From: Candidatus Kaiserbacteria bacterium
Lineage (GTDB): Bacteria > Patescibacteriota > Minisyncoccia > Phycocordibacterales > Phycocordibacteraceae
Direction: 5' to 3'
DNA: 64,000 nt
NCBI GenBank assembly: GCA_016182485.1
Contig: JACPGH010000005.1
Span: 64,305-128,304 of the forward strand
Of this stretch, positions 27,434-36,725 are shown piece after piece; position 1 is the first letter of the stretch; the number at the start of each line of letters is the position of its first letter. The notes beneath the pieces were generated by a model that saw only the letters and a program-made list of their open reading frames with translations, searched no databases and was not told the origin of the DNA. The position numbers were made by a program, and so were the translations under genes.

Positions 27434-27730
27434 CTAAGGGGTAAACCCGGCAGGAATTTGATTTTGCTCCGCGATCCGCTTGCCCCATGTGTAGAAGGCG
27501 CCGATGATGATCATGAGCATAATGACGATTATGGAGAGCACGGCGCCCCACGATTGCCGCTTGGATGAGGGTACGCCCGGTGCCAAATCTGATTTGGCAC
27601 CGGGCATTGCGGGCGTCGTGGTTTTCATGGGTGCAGAAACGGAAACTGGAGCTGAGGGAGCCTGAGGGAGCGCGTCTTCCGTCATCGAGACGCGCAACTC
27701 TTCTTCGGGTTTGAGGAGGAACGATGCCAT
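27434..27730 (-). CDS. hypothetical small membrane protein
   Basis: C-terminal TM helix. Confidence 0.3.
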   Translation of the reverse strand: MASFLLKPEEELRVSMTEDALPQAPSAPVSVSAPMKTTTPAMPGAKSDLAPGVPSSKRQSWGAVLSIIVIMLMIIIGAFYTWGKRIAEQNQIPAGFTP

Positions 27731-27790
27731 GGCATAAGTATAGCAAACCCCGCCTGTTCCTAAGAACAGGCGGGGTGCTTTTTTCAGAAA

Positions 27791-28309
27791 TTATTTGCCC
27801 GATTTCTCTTGATACATATTGTGCGCCCGGTCAAAAGCCGCTTCCGCTTTGCCGCCGAAGCCGGTCACTTCAACAACCTTGTTCTGAAGATTTTTGTACG
27901 TCTTGTAGAAATGCTCCACTTCTTTGAGCGTATGCTTATTGACGTCCTTTAGGTCCTGCACCTCCTTCCATCGAGGGTCATCAACCGGCACCCCGATAAC
28001 CTTATCGTCGGCATCGCCGCCGTCGATCATGTGCATGATGGCGACCGGTCGGACGCGCACCAAGATTCCCGGCGCAAGCGGATAAGTCGTAAGTACGATG
28101 ACGTCGAGCGCGTCGCCGTCATCCCACAATGTTTGCGGCACGAAGCCGTAATCGACGGGGAATTGCTGGGTAGTATAAGAAACTCGATCTAGCGCGATGA
28201 GGCCCGTTTTCTTGTCAATTTCGTACTTATTCATCGAGCCTTTCGGGATCTCGACGATAACGCTCATTTCTTCTTTCGTGCCCGGCTCAATATCGTGCAG
28301 TAAATTCAT
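27791..28309 (-). CDS. ppa: inorganic pyrophosphatase
   Basis: Family I PPase motifs (DYGFVPQT..DGDALDVIVL). Confidence 0.9.
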   Translation of the reverse strand: MNLLHDIEPGTKEEMSVIVEIPKGSMNKYEIDKKTGLIALDRVSYTTQQFPVDYGFVPQTLWDDGDALDVIVLTTYPLAPGILVRVRPVAIMHMIDGGDADDKVIGVPVDDPRWKEVQDLKDVNKHTLKEVEHFYKTYKNLQNKVVEVTGFGGKAEAAFDRAHNMYQEKSGK

Positions 28310-28319
28310 ATGAAAATAA

Positions 28320-29262
28320 AATAGCAGACTGAGGCGCTAGGCGCTACTCGCCTCGCTGAAGTCCGGCGAAGCGGGAGCTTTAGCAGTAATGCAAATCCTC
28401 AATCAACCAACGAGACCCTCGCGGGCTGAACAGAGGAGCAAACGCACGGAACCATCCGGCGTTTGTCCAACCGATTAACCAAAGAACAAAAAGAACTGCT
28501 TGCCCGTCGCGCGAAGCGCGAGCAGGGCTGGAGCCCATTTACGGCTGGGCTCCCCGCACCGGTGTCGCCGCTTAACGGCAGGCGACACGTGCCGTCCACT
28601 TGATTTCTATTTCGTCAGCCGGCAAGTGAATAAACCCGGCTCCTGACTCCCCGCGGATAAGCGGGAAGATACCCTTAGCCCGGCCTGCCCTGAACTTGTC
28701 GAAGGGCAAAGGGCGTCGGGGTATGTCGCCGTCGCATGCGCTTCGTCCCTAGCGTGTTCGCGCTATAGGCGGGACGTCGCCGCACGCGCGGGCGGATGTG
28801 CACTGCAACGGGCTCGCTTAGAGCCCGCTCCACGGATTTTTCATCCGTGCACCTCCTTTCTCGCCGATTTAACCCTCGGGCGCGGGGTTCGCCGCGACGC
28901 GAACTACTTCTTCGCGCGCCTTCAGGGAATCGCTCACCCTTCTTCGCTTTTGAGCTACGAAGGGCGCAGTGCGATCCCTCGTACCGTACCGATCCATACA
29001 ACAAGTAAAGAGGTTTAACCTCTTTACTTCGTCGCGGATGCAGTCCGGCAACGAGGAACAACATTGCAGTAGCCGCTCCGCCCGCTGGCGGACGCGACGA
29101 TTGTTCTGCCTTGTCCCTGGCTACCTATGGGTTCTGTCAGAGAACCACTGGCTTGCTAACACCCTAGCATACTCTGTCTACTTTGTCAAGTAGTTTTTGA
29201 GACCGCAACATGCGCTACTTGAGATAAGCAGCAAATAAGCCAAATTATCGGGCAGGCAGCAG
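28320..29262. other. about 0.95 kb GC-rich ORF-poor region; candidate large structured ncRNA(s), unidentified
   Basis: No credible ORF; the track ORFs here are Arg-rich low-complexity. Many stable hairpins. Contains hairpin C (29003-29029) and is bounded by a CTAG repeat at 29263-29300. Confidence 0.25.
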
Positions 29263-29301
29263 GAGCTAGATTCTAGCAGTCACCTAGCGCCTAGAGCCTA
29301 G

Positions 29302-30711
29302 TTAATCGTCCTTCGCTTTGTCGCGGTCTTCTTCTTTGTCGGCGACGGTCTCGTCGCTCGCGGGAAGCTCGGTCAGTTCTTCTTCGGCAGGCAGGGCGGT
29401 TATCTCGGACGAGTCGTCAGTGATTATTTCAGAGGCTTCAGTAGGCATCGCGCCCATTGCTACAGCGGGCTCTTCGCCGGTACTTCCTGCGTCAGTACTT
29501 CCTGTGTCAGCATCTTCGACACCTTCGGTACTTACGGCACTTCCTGCGTCAGCACTGACAGCTTCGCCGCCGCCAGCCGAAACGATATCGATGTTCCAGC
29601 CGGTCAGCTTCGCGGCCAGCCGCACATTCTGCCCGCCGCGGCCGATGGCGGGCGACTGCTCGTCTTCGGTGACCGTAACCTTTGCGCGGTGGTCGGCCTC
29701 GTCTAGCGCGACCTCGAGCGGCTTGGCGGGGGAGAGCGCTTGCCGCACGAATTCGCGCGCGTCGGAATTCCACTCGATGATGTCGATGCGCTCGCCGCCA
29801 AGCTCGCTCATGACTATCGAGACGCGCACGCCGCGCTGGCCGACGAGCGACCCGACCGGGTCGACGTGCGTATCGAGCGAGACGAGGGCGATCTTCGTGC
29901 GGCTGCCAGGCTCGCGCGCGATAGCTTTCACTTCGATCGCGCCCGAAGCCAATTCCGGCGCTTCAAGTTCGAAAAGTTTAATGACAAATTTCGGATGCGC
30001 GCGCGAGAGCCGCAGATAGACGCCGCGGAAACCTTCGTCCACCGAGTACAAATAAGCACGGATGCGCTCGCCGATACGGTAGCGCTCGCCCGGGATCTGT
30101 TCTTCATAGGGGATAATACCGGTCGTGCGCCCGAGATCCACGAAAATCGCCCCGCGCTCCATGCGTTGGACGATCCCGGATACGATCTGACCCTTCTTCT
30201 CGCTGAATTCTTCCATCATTGATAGCTTTTCAGCCTCGCGGACTTTCTGGATGACGACCTGCTTGGCCGTCTGCGCCGCAATGCGGCCGAAATCGTCCTG
30301 CGGCTCTAGCGGGAAGATGATCTCTTCGCCCACTTGCGCGCCGCGCTTGATGAGCCGCGCGTCGGCGAGCAGGATGTGCTTCTCGGGGTCGAAGCGCGGC
30401 AATTCGCCCTCCTGCAGTTCTTCCTCATGCTCGTAACGGCTGGCTTCGAGTTTCTGGTTTCTGGTTTCTGGTTCACCGGCTTCCGAAGCAAATCGCACGG
30501 TCGTTTCGTCGACGACGGTCTTCACCTGCTCGAAGGCGATAGTGCCCGTGTTGAGATCGAGCTTGGCGCGCACTACCTGCCCGCGCTTGCCGTATTCGCG
30601 CTTATAGGCAGTCGCCATCGCCGCCTCGATAGCTTCTATCATCGTTTCTTTGCTGATGCCCCGGTCCTCGAACTCGCCGAGTACTGCGTGGATTGTTTTT
30701 AGGTCAATCAT
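29302..30711 (-). CDS. nusA: transcription termination/antitermination factor NusA
   Basis: N-terminal domain, S1 and KH domains, acidic C-terminal tail. Confidence 0.9.
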   Translation of the reverse strand: MIDLKTIHAVLGEFEDRGISKETMIEAIEAAMATAYKREYGKRGQVVRAKLDLNTGTIAFEQVKTVVDETTVRFASEAGEPETRNQKLEASRYEHEEELQEGELPRFDPEKHILLADARLIKRGAQVGEEIIFPLEPQDDFGRIAAQTAKQVVIQKVREAEKLSMMEEFSEKKGQIVSGIVQRMERGAIFVDLGRTTGIIPYEEQIPGERYRIGERIRAYLYSVDEGFRGVYLRLSRAHPKFVIKLFELEAPELASGAIEVKAIAREPGSRTKIALVSLDTHVDPVGSLVGQRGVRVSIVMSELGGERIDIIEWNSDAREFVRQALSPAKPLEVALDEADHRAKVTVTEDEQSPAIGRGGQNVRLAAKLTGWNIDIVSAGGGEAVSADAGSAVSTEGVEDADTGSTDAGSTGEEPAVAMGAMPTEASEIITDDSSEITALPAEEELTELPASDETVADKEEDRDKAKDD

Positions 30712-30823
30712 GGTCGCTATGGATTATGTATGTACTTACAGCACTAAATCTCTTTGATAACGAAAGCCCCGCCGGGGCTTTCAGATGCGCCAATGCTACC
30801 AAAAGCGCTCTGTCCGCGCAACT

Positions 30824-31012
30824 TCATTCGAATAGCTGCGCATGTGACCCTGTATCTACAAACACAATGATGCGTCCGCCGCGTATCTCATACATCAGCA
30901 ATAAATCGTCTTTAATATGGCATTCGCGATAGCCAGCAAATTCACCCGAAAGAGCATGGTCTCGATACTTTTCCGGCAGAATCTTACCGGAACACAGGTA
31001 TTCTGTTACCAA
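30824..31012 (-). CDS. YafQ/RelE-family toxin (annotated from a TTG; homology extends about 25 codons upstream into the antitoxin 3' end with no canonical start)
   Basis: ILPEKYRDHALSGEFAGYRECHIKDDLLLMY matches the YafQ core. The upstream in-frame FNRSFRKLKK matches the YafQ N-terminus. Confidence 0.5.
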   Translation of the reverse strand: MVTEYLCSGKILPEKYRDHALSGEFAGYRECHIKDDLLLMYEIRGGRIIVFVDTGSHAQLFE

Positions 31013-31056
31013 CTTAAAGTCATATGCGAGGTTGGAGGTAAGCCTTCCAGATTTTT

Positions 31057-31338
31057 TCAGTTTCCGGAATGAGCGGTTGAAAATATGCCGAGATCCTTGA
31101 AAAGTTCTTTGGTGCTGGTGTACTTCTTACCGTTCTTGATAGCATCGGCGACCTCGCGGTCCCATTTTGCCCGCAATGCGGCAGGATTCTTGGTGGGCAT
31201 AAAGGGCAGGCCTTGCTCCGTCACCACCTGATTCAAGAAAAGCTTCACGCCACTAGATAAGTCCAGCCCAACTCCTTCGAGCGCCTTCTTGGCGGCCTTC
31301 TTGGTTTTTTCTTCAATTCTGACATTCAACGTAGTCAT
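31057..31338 (-). CDS. DinJ/RelB-family antitoxin
   Basis: LNVRIEEKTKKAAKKALEGVGLDLSSGVKLFL..V..QGLPF matches the DinJ pattern. Confidence 0.65.
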   Translation of the reverse strand: MTTLNVRIEEKTKKAAKKALEGVGLDLSSGVKLFLNQVVTEQGLPFMPTKNPAALRAKWDREVADAIKNGKKYTSTKELFKDLGIFSTAHSGN

Positions 31339-31440
31339 GCGCCTATGATATACAATGTGCGCTCATCGTCAATACACACTGAAACGCGACGCTACTTTGA
31401 GCGTCCACGCGATCGTGCGGACATGCACCAGGCTGCCACA

Positions 31441-31464
31441 GTGATGGACACGTCGTGTCCATCA
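31441..31464. promoter_or_regulatory. palindrome B copy (GTGATGGACACGTCGTGTCCATCA) ~100 bp upstream of dinJ; candidate operator
   Basis: Perfect inverted repeat shared with the XRE locus. Confidence 0.4.
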
Positions 31465-31482
31465 AACCCACCTCCATTAAAG

Positions 31483-32424
31483 CTAGTCTGCTTTATATTG
31501 GGTTTCTTTGGCGGAGTCCCAGAGCATTTTAAAGAGTTGGCGCTGGTTACGCGCAAGTACGGGATCATAGATTTCTACTAAATAGTGCGGCTTCTCGCGC
31601 GTGCGGACCATCAGAATATAGTCTCCCGCAACCCAGAGAGAAGAATCGAATTCATTTCCCGGCGGGAGCGGCCGCACGCGGCGTTCCCCGTGTCTTTTCT
31701 CCATTTCTCCTTCGATATCTGCGCGATTCGAGAAAAAACGGACTTTTACAGAGGGATCGAACTTCCAACTGGATTCGATAAATTCCTCATATTGCTCGGT
31801 AAAGGAGTGGTCCTGATAACCCCACCAGGTATTGTCGTATCGCTTGCCATTTTTCATCCACGTCTCCATCTGTTTATGCAAGTAGTCGCTTAAATCGCGC
31901 TCTTGAACGAATTTGATCTTTGGGATCGAATAGTTCTGGCTCATCGCCATCTCAGAGAGCTCCGCCGAGAGGGAAGCGGCTAACCGCATCTTATCCCGAA
32001 TCTCCCGCTCTTCCTGCTCAACCGCTCTCATAATGGCATCCGGCCCTTCTGACGCTAAATAAGTGATCTTGCCGCTCAGAGGACTGGGAAATTCGCCGAG
32101 AGCGGCCTTGGACCCGCACAAAATCATGAACGGAGGAGGGTAGCGTGGAGTTAGTGATAAAACTGGTTCGAGAGGTTCGAGTGTAACCCGTACGCATCCA
32201 CTATCAGTGAGCCAGCAGGCTACCGCTTTTTCACCGTGTATCTGTACTTGAGAGACGAACAGGCGAGAGTCAGGACTAGGAGGGCTGACCATAGGGGCAC
32301 AGAAGGCGTACACAGGAGCATCATCGAAGACAGGCTGGCTACAAGAGACGAGCTGCAGGAGGCTTGCTACCGAGCTCATGACAAGTTGGATAGGTTGCTC
32401 AAAATTGAGCAGTACTATCTGCAC
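31483..32424 (-). CDS. TrmB-family C-terminal-domain protein lacking a recognisable HTH (paralog 6, possibly degraded)
   Basis: C-terminus (LFKMLWDSAKETQYKAD) matches the family tail. The N-terminal ~110 aa has no wHTH. Confidence 0.4.
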   Translation of the reverse strand: MQIVLLNFEQPIQLVMSSVASLLQLVSCSQPVFDDAPVYAFCAPMVSPPSPDSRLFVSQVQIHGEKAVACWLTDSGCVRVTLEPLEPVLSLTPRYPPPFMILCGSKAALGEFPSPLSGKITYLASEGPDAIMRAVEQEEREIRDKMRLAASLSAELSEMAMSQNYSIPKIKFVQERDLSDYLHKQMETWMKNGKRYDNTWWGYQDHSFTEQYEEFIESSWKFDPSVKVRFFSNRADIEGEMEKRHGERRVRPLPPGNEFDSSLWVAGDYILMVRTREKPHYLVEIYDPVLARNQRQLFKMLWDSAKETQYKAD

Positions 32425-32614
32425 ACTGCTGGTTGGGAACCGGCAGTCGTAAAAGAGGCGGTACAGCCCATAAGAGAAGAGATCGAGAAGTTGCGCCCGC
32501 TCGCTTCAAAGCTGAAGGCGCTCGCTACAGCGCTGTAAGACAGACAGGCCAAGAGCCTGACTTGCGTAAACGTGCGGAAAACGCGCCGGAGCGAAGCTCC
32601 GGCGCGTTATACTT

Positions 32615-34381
32615 TTGACAATGCAAGTATCCGAAGCCGAGCTCAAGGAGTTTATTCTCGACTCGGGGCTCGTGCCTAAAAAAGAAATTGACGCCGCCGC
32701 CGAAGAGGCGGCGAAGCGCGAGCAATCGCTCGGCGATATCCTCGTCTCCCGCGGCTCGCTTTCTGAAGACGCCCTGCGGCGCATCCAGGCGTACGTGCTC
32801 GGCATCCCGTTCGTGAACCTGAAGGACCATCGCGTGCCCGTAGAAGTGCTCGCGCTCATTCCCGAGCCCATCGCGCGCACGCATAACATCATCGCGTACA
32901 AGAAAGACGAGACCGCCCAGTCTCTTGAGGTCGCCATGCTCGACGTTGCCGATCTCGCCGCGATCGACTCGGTCCGCAAGAAGACCGGCCTTAAGATATT
33001 GCCGAGGCTCACCGACACCGAGAGCATCAAGGCCGCGCTCTTGCAGTATCAGAAATCGCTCAAGGACGAGTTCGGCGACATCATCTCGGCCGAAGCGGGA
33101 AAAATCCGCCATATCACGGAAGGCGGAAAGGATCTTTCGGGCGACGACTTGAAAAAGATGGCGGAGGATCTGCCTATCGTGCGCATCGTGGATACGCTCC
33201 TGCGGCACGCGATAGTCCAGGACGCTTCCGACATCCATATAGAACCGATGGAAACCGAGGTATTGGTCCGTTACCGCATCGACGGCATCCTGCACGATGC
33301 CATGACCCTGCCGAAGATCGCCGCCGCCGGCATCGTCGCGCGCATCAAAGTGCTCTCCAATCTGAAGCTCGACGAGAAGCGGCTGCCGCAGGACGGCCGC
33401 TTCAAAATGGAGACCGAATCGGACCGCGTTTCCTTCCGCGTCTCGATCCTCCCGACCTTCTTCGGCGAGAAGACGGTGATGCGTCTGTTGCGCGAGACTG
33501 GCGAAGGCTTCACGCTCGAGATGCTCGGGCTCCACGGCGAGACGCTCGAGAAGATCCATCAGGCGCTCAAGCAGACGACCGGCATCATCCTAATCTCCGG
33601 CCCGACCGGTTCCGGTAAGACGACGACCCTATATACGATGCTCGACATCCTGAACCAGCCGGGAGTCAACATCTCGACCATCGAGGATCCGATCGAGTAT
33701 CAGATGAAGCGCGTGAACCAGTCGCAAGTGAGCCCCCAGATCGGCTTTACCTTCGCGAACGGCCTGCGCTCTCTCGTGCGTCAGGACCCGGACATAATAA
33801 TGGTCGGCGAGATCCGCGACGGCGAGACGGCCTCGCTCGCCATCAACGCCGCGCTTACGGGCCACCTCGTGCTTTCTACGATCCACACTAACAGCGCCTC
33901 TGGCGCAATTCCGCGGCTCATCGATATGGGAGTGGAGCCGTTCCTTCTCGTTTCCACTATCCGCGTGATCGTCGGCCAGCGCCTCGTGCGCCGGCTCTGC
34001 GAAACCAAGGAGACCTACGCGATGGACGCGGCGATGCGCGCTAAGATCGCGCGCGAAGAAGAATTCGCGAGCGCGTTCCGGGCTCTGACCGAAGAGAAGC
34101 TCGTGAAAGCGGGGGCAACGCTTGACTCGCTTCAGTTCTACCGCCCGACAGCAAGCCCTGACTGCGCAGACGGGTATAAGAGCCGCATCGGGATCCATGA
34201 GGTGCTCGCCGTCTCGCCCGCGATCCGCGACATCATCCTGCACTCCGGCACCTCCGACGCGCTCGAGGCGCAGGCGAAGAAGGAAGGCATGCTGACGATG
34301 ATCGAGGACGGCCTCTACAAAGCCGCGCGCGGCATCACTTCGATCGAGGAAGTGCTGCGCACCGTAACCGAACAAACATGA
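32615..34381 (+). CDS. pilB: type IV pilus assembly ATPase PilB (GspE family)
   Basis: N-terminal GSPII_E_N domain, Walker A (GPTGSGKTT) and the GspE ATPase core. Confidence 0.85.
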   Translation: MTMQVSEAELKEFILDSGLVPKKEIDAAAEEAAKREQSLGDILVSRGSLSEDALRRIQAYVLGIPFVNLKDHRVPVEVLALIPEPIARTHNIIAYKKDETAQSLEVAMLDVADLAAIDSVRKKTGLKILPRLTDTESIKAALLQYQKSLKDEFGDIISAEAGKIRHITEGGKDLSGDDLKKMAEDLPIVRIVDTLLRHAIVQDASDIHIEPMETEVLVRYRIDGILHDAMTLPKIAAAGIVARIKVLSNLKLDEKRLPQDGRFKMETESDRVSFRVSILPTFFGEKTVMRLLRETGEGFTLEMLGLHGETLEKIHQALKQTTGIILISGPTGSGKTTTLYTMLDILNQPGVNISTIEDPIEYQMKRVNQSQVSPQIGFTFANGLRSLVRQDPDIIMVGEIRDGETASLAINAALTGHLVLSTIHTNSASGAIPRLIDMGVEPFLLVSTIRVIVGQRLVRRLCETKETYAMDAAMRAKIAREEEFASAFRALTEEKLVKAGATLDSLQFYRPTASPDCADGYKSRIGIHEVLAVSPAIRDIILHSGTSDALEAQAKKEGMLTMIEDGLYKAARGITSIEEVLRTVTEQT

Positions 34382-34499
34382 TCCCGTTAGAAATCGCGGA
34401 CGCCATTTTATGAAACGCTATACTATAATTGTCGTATGACTAGTTTCTTTAGCAAAAAATGCGGAGTTGAGAGATGGTCCGCGTCCTATTTCTAACGGG

Positions 34500-35717
34500 A
34501 TGAAATTCCGCATCACAGTACGAAAAGAAGGCGTTCCCGATGAAGTGCGCGCCGTCGAGGCGGCCTCCCGCTTTGAGGTGTACGATCACGTGAGGAGCGA
34601 GGGCGGTTTCGTCGTCTCTATCTCGCCGCGCTATAGCTGGTCCTGGAGAGAACTTTCCCGCTTCAATTTTACGATCGGCACGGGCATACGGCGCATCGAG
34701 GTCGTGCGTACCGCCAAGAATCTGGCGGCTATGCTTTCGGCCGGCCTTTCCATCTCGCGCGCGCTCAGCGTCATCGAGCGGCAATCGGGCAATAAGCGGC
34801 TGAAGGCAGTCGCCGAAGGCCTGGCGGAATCAGTAAAAAAGGGTTCTTCATTCCATGAAGCGCTGGCCGGATACCCGCGCGTGTTCTCGCCGCTTTTCAT
34901 TGCGATGGCCCGGGCAGGCGAAGAGTCGGGGACCTTGGCCGATTCGCTCAAGGTCATCGCGCTTCAAATGGAGCATTCCGAGGAGCTCGTGAAGAAGATA
35001 AAAGGAGCGATGATTTATCCGATAATCGTCATATCTGCGGTTATCACCGTCGGCATCCTGATGCTCATCTACGTAGTGCCGACTCTCACAAACACGTTCA
35101 CTTCGCTCGGGGTCGAGGTGCCGCTCGCGACCCGCGTTATTATCGCGTTGTCGAATTTCCTCGTCGGGAATCTCGCCCTCGCGCTTTTTGCGCTCGCAGC
35201 CCTTATTACGGGACTTATCGCGTTCCTGAGATCGAAGCCGGGAAGAACGACCGTGCTCGCCGTAGCGCTCCATCTGCCAGTCATCAAGGACCTCGTACGC
35301 GAAACGTACACGGCGCGCGCGGCCCGGACGCTCTCTTCGCTACTGTCCGCCGGCGTTCCGGTGCTCGAGGCTTTATCCATAACGAAGGAGGTGGTGCATG
35401 CCTCCGCGTTCGCCCGCGTCGTTGAGCTCGCCGAAGAGCACGTGCGGAAAGGGGAACCGCTCTCCGCTTCTTTCAGCCAGCATACGAAGCTCTATCCCAT
35501 TCTCATGAGCGATATGCTCGCCGTAGGCGAAGAGACTGGGAAGGTAGCCGAGATGCTGAAGCAGATCGCCGAATTCTACGAAGAAGACGTCGCGGGAAAA
35601 ACAAAGGACCTCTCGGCGATCATCGAGCCGCTCCTCATGCTCTTTATCGGCGCGTTCGTCGGCATCTTCGCCGTCTCGATGATCGCGCCGATCTACCAGA
35701 TCTCATCGGCGATATAA
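34500..35717 (+). CDS. pilC: type IV pilus inner-membrane platform protein PilC (GspF family)
   Basis: Two GspF repeats and three TM regions. Confidence 0.8.
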   Translation: MKFRITVRKEGVPDEVRAVEAASRFEVYDHVRSEGGFVVSISPRYSWSWRELSRFNFTIGTGIRRIEVVRTAKNLAAMLSAGLSISRALSVIERQSGNKRLKAVAEGLAESVKKGSSFHEALAGYPRVFSPLFIAMARAGEESGTLADSLKVIALQMEHSEELVKKIKGAMIYPIIVISAVITVGILMLIYVVPTLTNTFTSLGVEVPLATRVIIALSNFLVGNLALALFALAALITGLIAFLRSKPGRTTVLAVALHLPVIKDLVRETYTARAARTLSSLLSAGVPVLEALSITKEVVHASAFARVVELAEEHVRKGEPLSASFSQHTKLYPILMSDMLAVGEETGKVAEMLKQIAEFYEEDVAGKTKDLSAIIEPLLMLFIGAFVGIFAVSMIAPIYQISSAI

Positions 35718-35721
35718 AGAT

Positions 35722-36099
35722 ATGCGCTCGAAGGGATTCACACTGATTGAAGTCACGGTCGCGGTAGCGATTATCGCCATCGTCATCACGGGAGTGAGCG
35801 CTGTGCTCGCGCGCCTGCCGATGAACGCCAGGCAGGCGCGCGACCAGAGCCTCGCCCTTACGATGGCCCGAACGCAAATCGAGCGGCTGCGCGGAGCCGG
35901 ATACGGCGCGCTCCCGGCAAGCGGACCGTTCACCGATCCGCTGCTTGCCTCGCTCCCAGGAGCGGCGGCCTCGACGGCCGTGAGTTCGTACAGCGCGCGG
36001 ACCAAGCAGGCGAGCGTGTCCGTGTCGTGGCTCGAGGCGGGGCAGATTGCAGCGGTCGTGCTTACGACCCTCGTCACTCAGGATGCCGGACTGCCATGA
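35722..36099 (+). CDS. type IV pilin (short leader MRSKG|FTLIEV)
   Basis: Canonical prepilin cleavage/methylation motif. Confidence 0.7.
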   Translation: MRSKGFTLIEVTVAVAIIAIVITGVSAVLARLPMNARQARDQSLALTMARTQIERLRGAGYGALPASGPFTDPLLASLPGAAASTAVSSYSARTKQASVSVSWLEAGQIAAVVLTTLVTQDAGLP

Positions 36100-36725
36100 C
36101 GCTGGAAACTAGAGACTTGATACTGGATGCTGGCAAGACGGAGGGAACAACCAGAAACCAGCACCGAGCGGCCAGCCGCCAGGGGTTTACGCTCGTGGAA
36201 ACGAGCATCGTCATTGCGCTCACGGTATTCGAGCTCGCCGCGCTCACGAATCTCTACATCCTTTTCAATTCGACGTACGGGTATGAGGAGGCTTCGATCG
36301 CCACTGCCGGCAGCTCGAGCGCGGCAATGAGCGCCTTCGGCGAAGCCGTCTTGCCCGCCCGACGAATACTCTCTTCCCGCGATTTTACCGGCACGGTCTA
36401 CGAATCTGCTGCCGCGACTCTTGTGCTTGAGGTGCCGGCAGTCGACAGCGCCGGCGGTCTCATTCCAGACACGTACGACCACATCGCGTTCTATACCTCC
36501 GGAAACTCGCTCTACCGACTCACTGAGTCGGCGCCCGGCAGTATCCGCCGCTCTGGTCTTACTCTGCTTTCCTCGACTCTCGCGTCGCTCTCATTCGCAT
36601 ATGACAATCCTGCCGTTGAGAGCTCGACGAGCGTCGCGGCGGACCTCTCGACACGAGCGCAATTCAAACAGCAGGCAGTCGAGAGCCGTCTCTCTGGCAT
36701 TTGGTACTTGCGCAATTTGCCATGA
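36096..36725 (+). CDS. pilin-like protein with a long leader (cleavage predicted at ...RQG|FTLVETSIV)
   Basis: ATGA overlap with the upstream pilin. 29-aa leader with an LxxxDLILDAG motif. Confidence 0.5.
   Translation: MTLETRDLILDAGKTEGTTRNQHRAASRQGFTLVETSIVIALTVFELAALTNLYILFNSTYGYEEASIATAGSSSAAMSAFGEAVLPARRILSSRDFTGTVYESAAATLVLEVPAVDSAGGLIPDTYDHIAFYTSGNSLYRLTESAPGSIRRSGLTLLSSTLASLSFAYDNPAVESSTSVAADLSTRAQFKQQAVESRLSGIWYLRNLP

Noticed and set aside
28399-29064. ORFs of 66 and 129 aa inside the 28.3-29.3 kb ORF-poor region
   Set aside because: Arg/Pro-rich, low-complexity translations with no start context. They are more consistent with GC-rich non-coding or structured RNA.
32506-33559. Minus-strand ORFs (174 and 344 aa) antisense to pilB
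   Set aside because: Antisense shadow ORFs of a GC-rich gene. pilB homology on the plus strand is strong.
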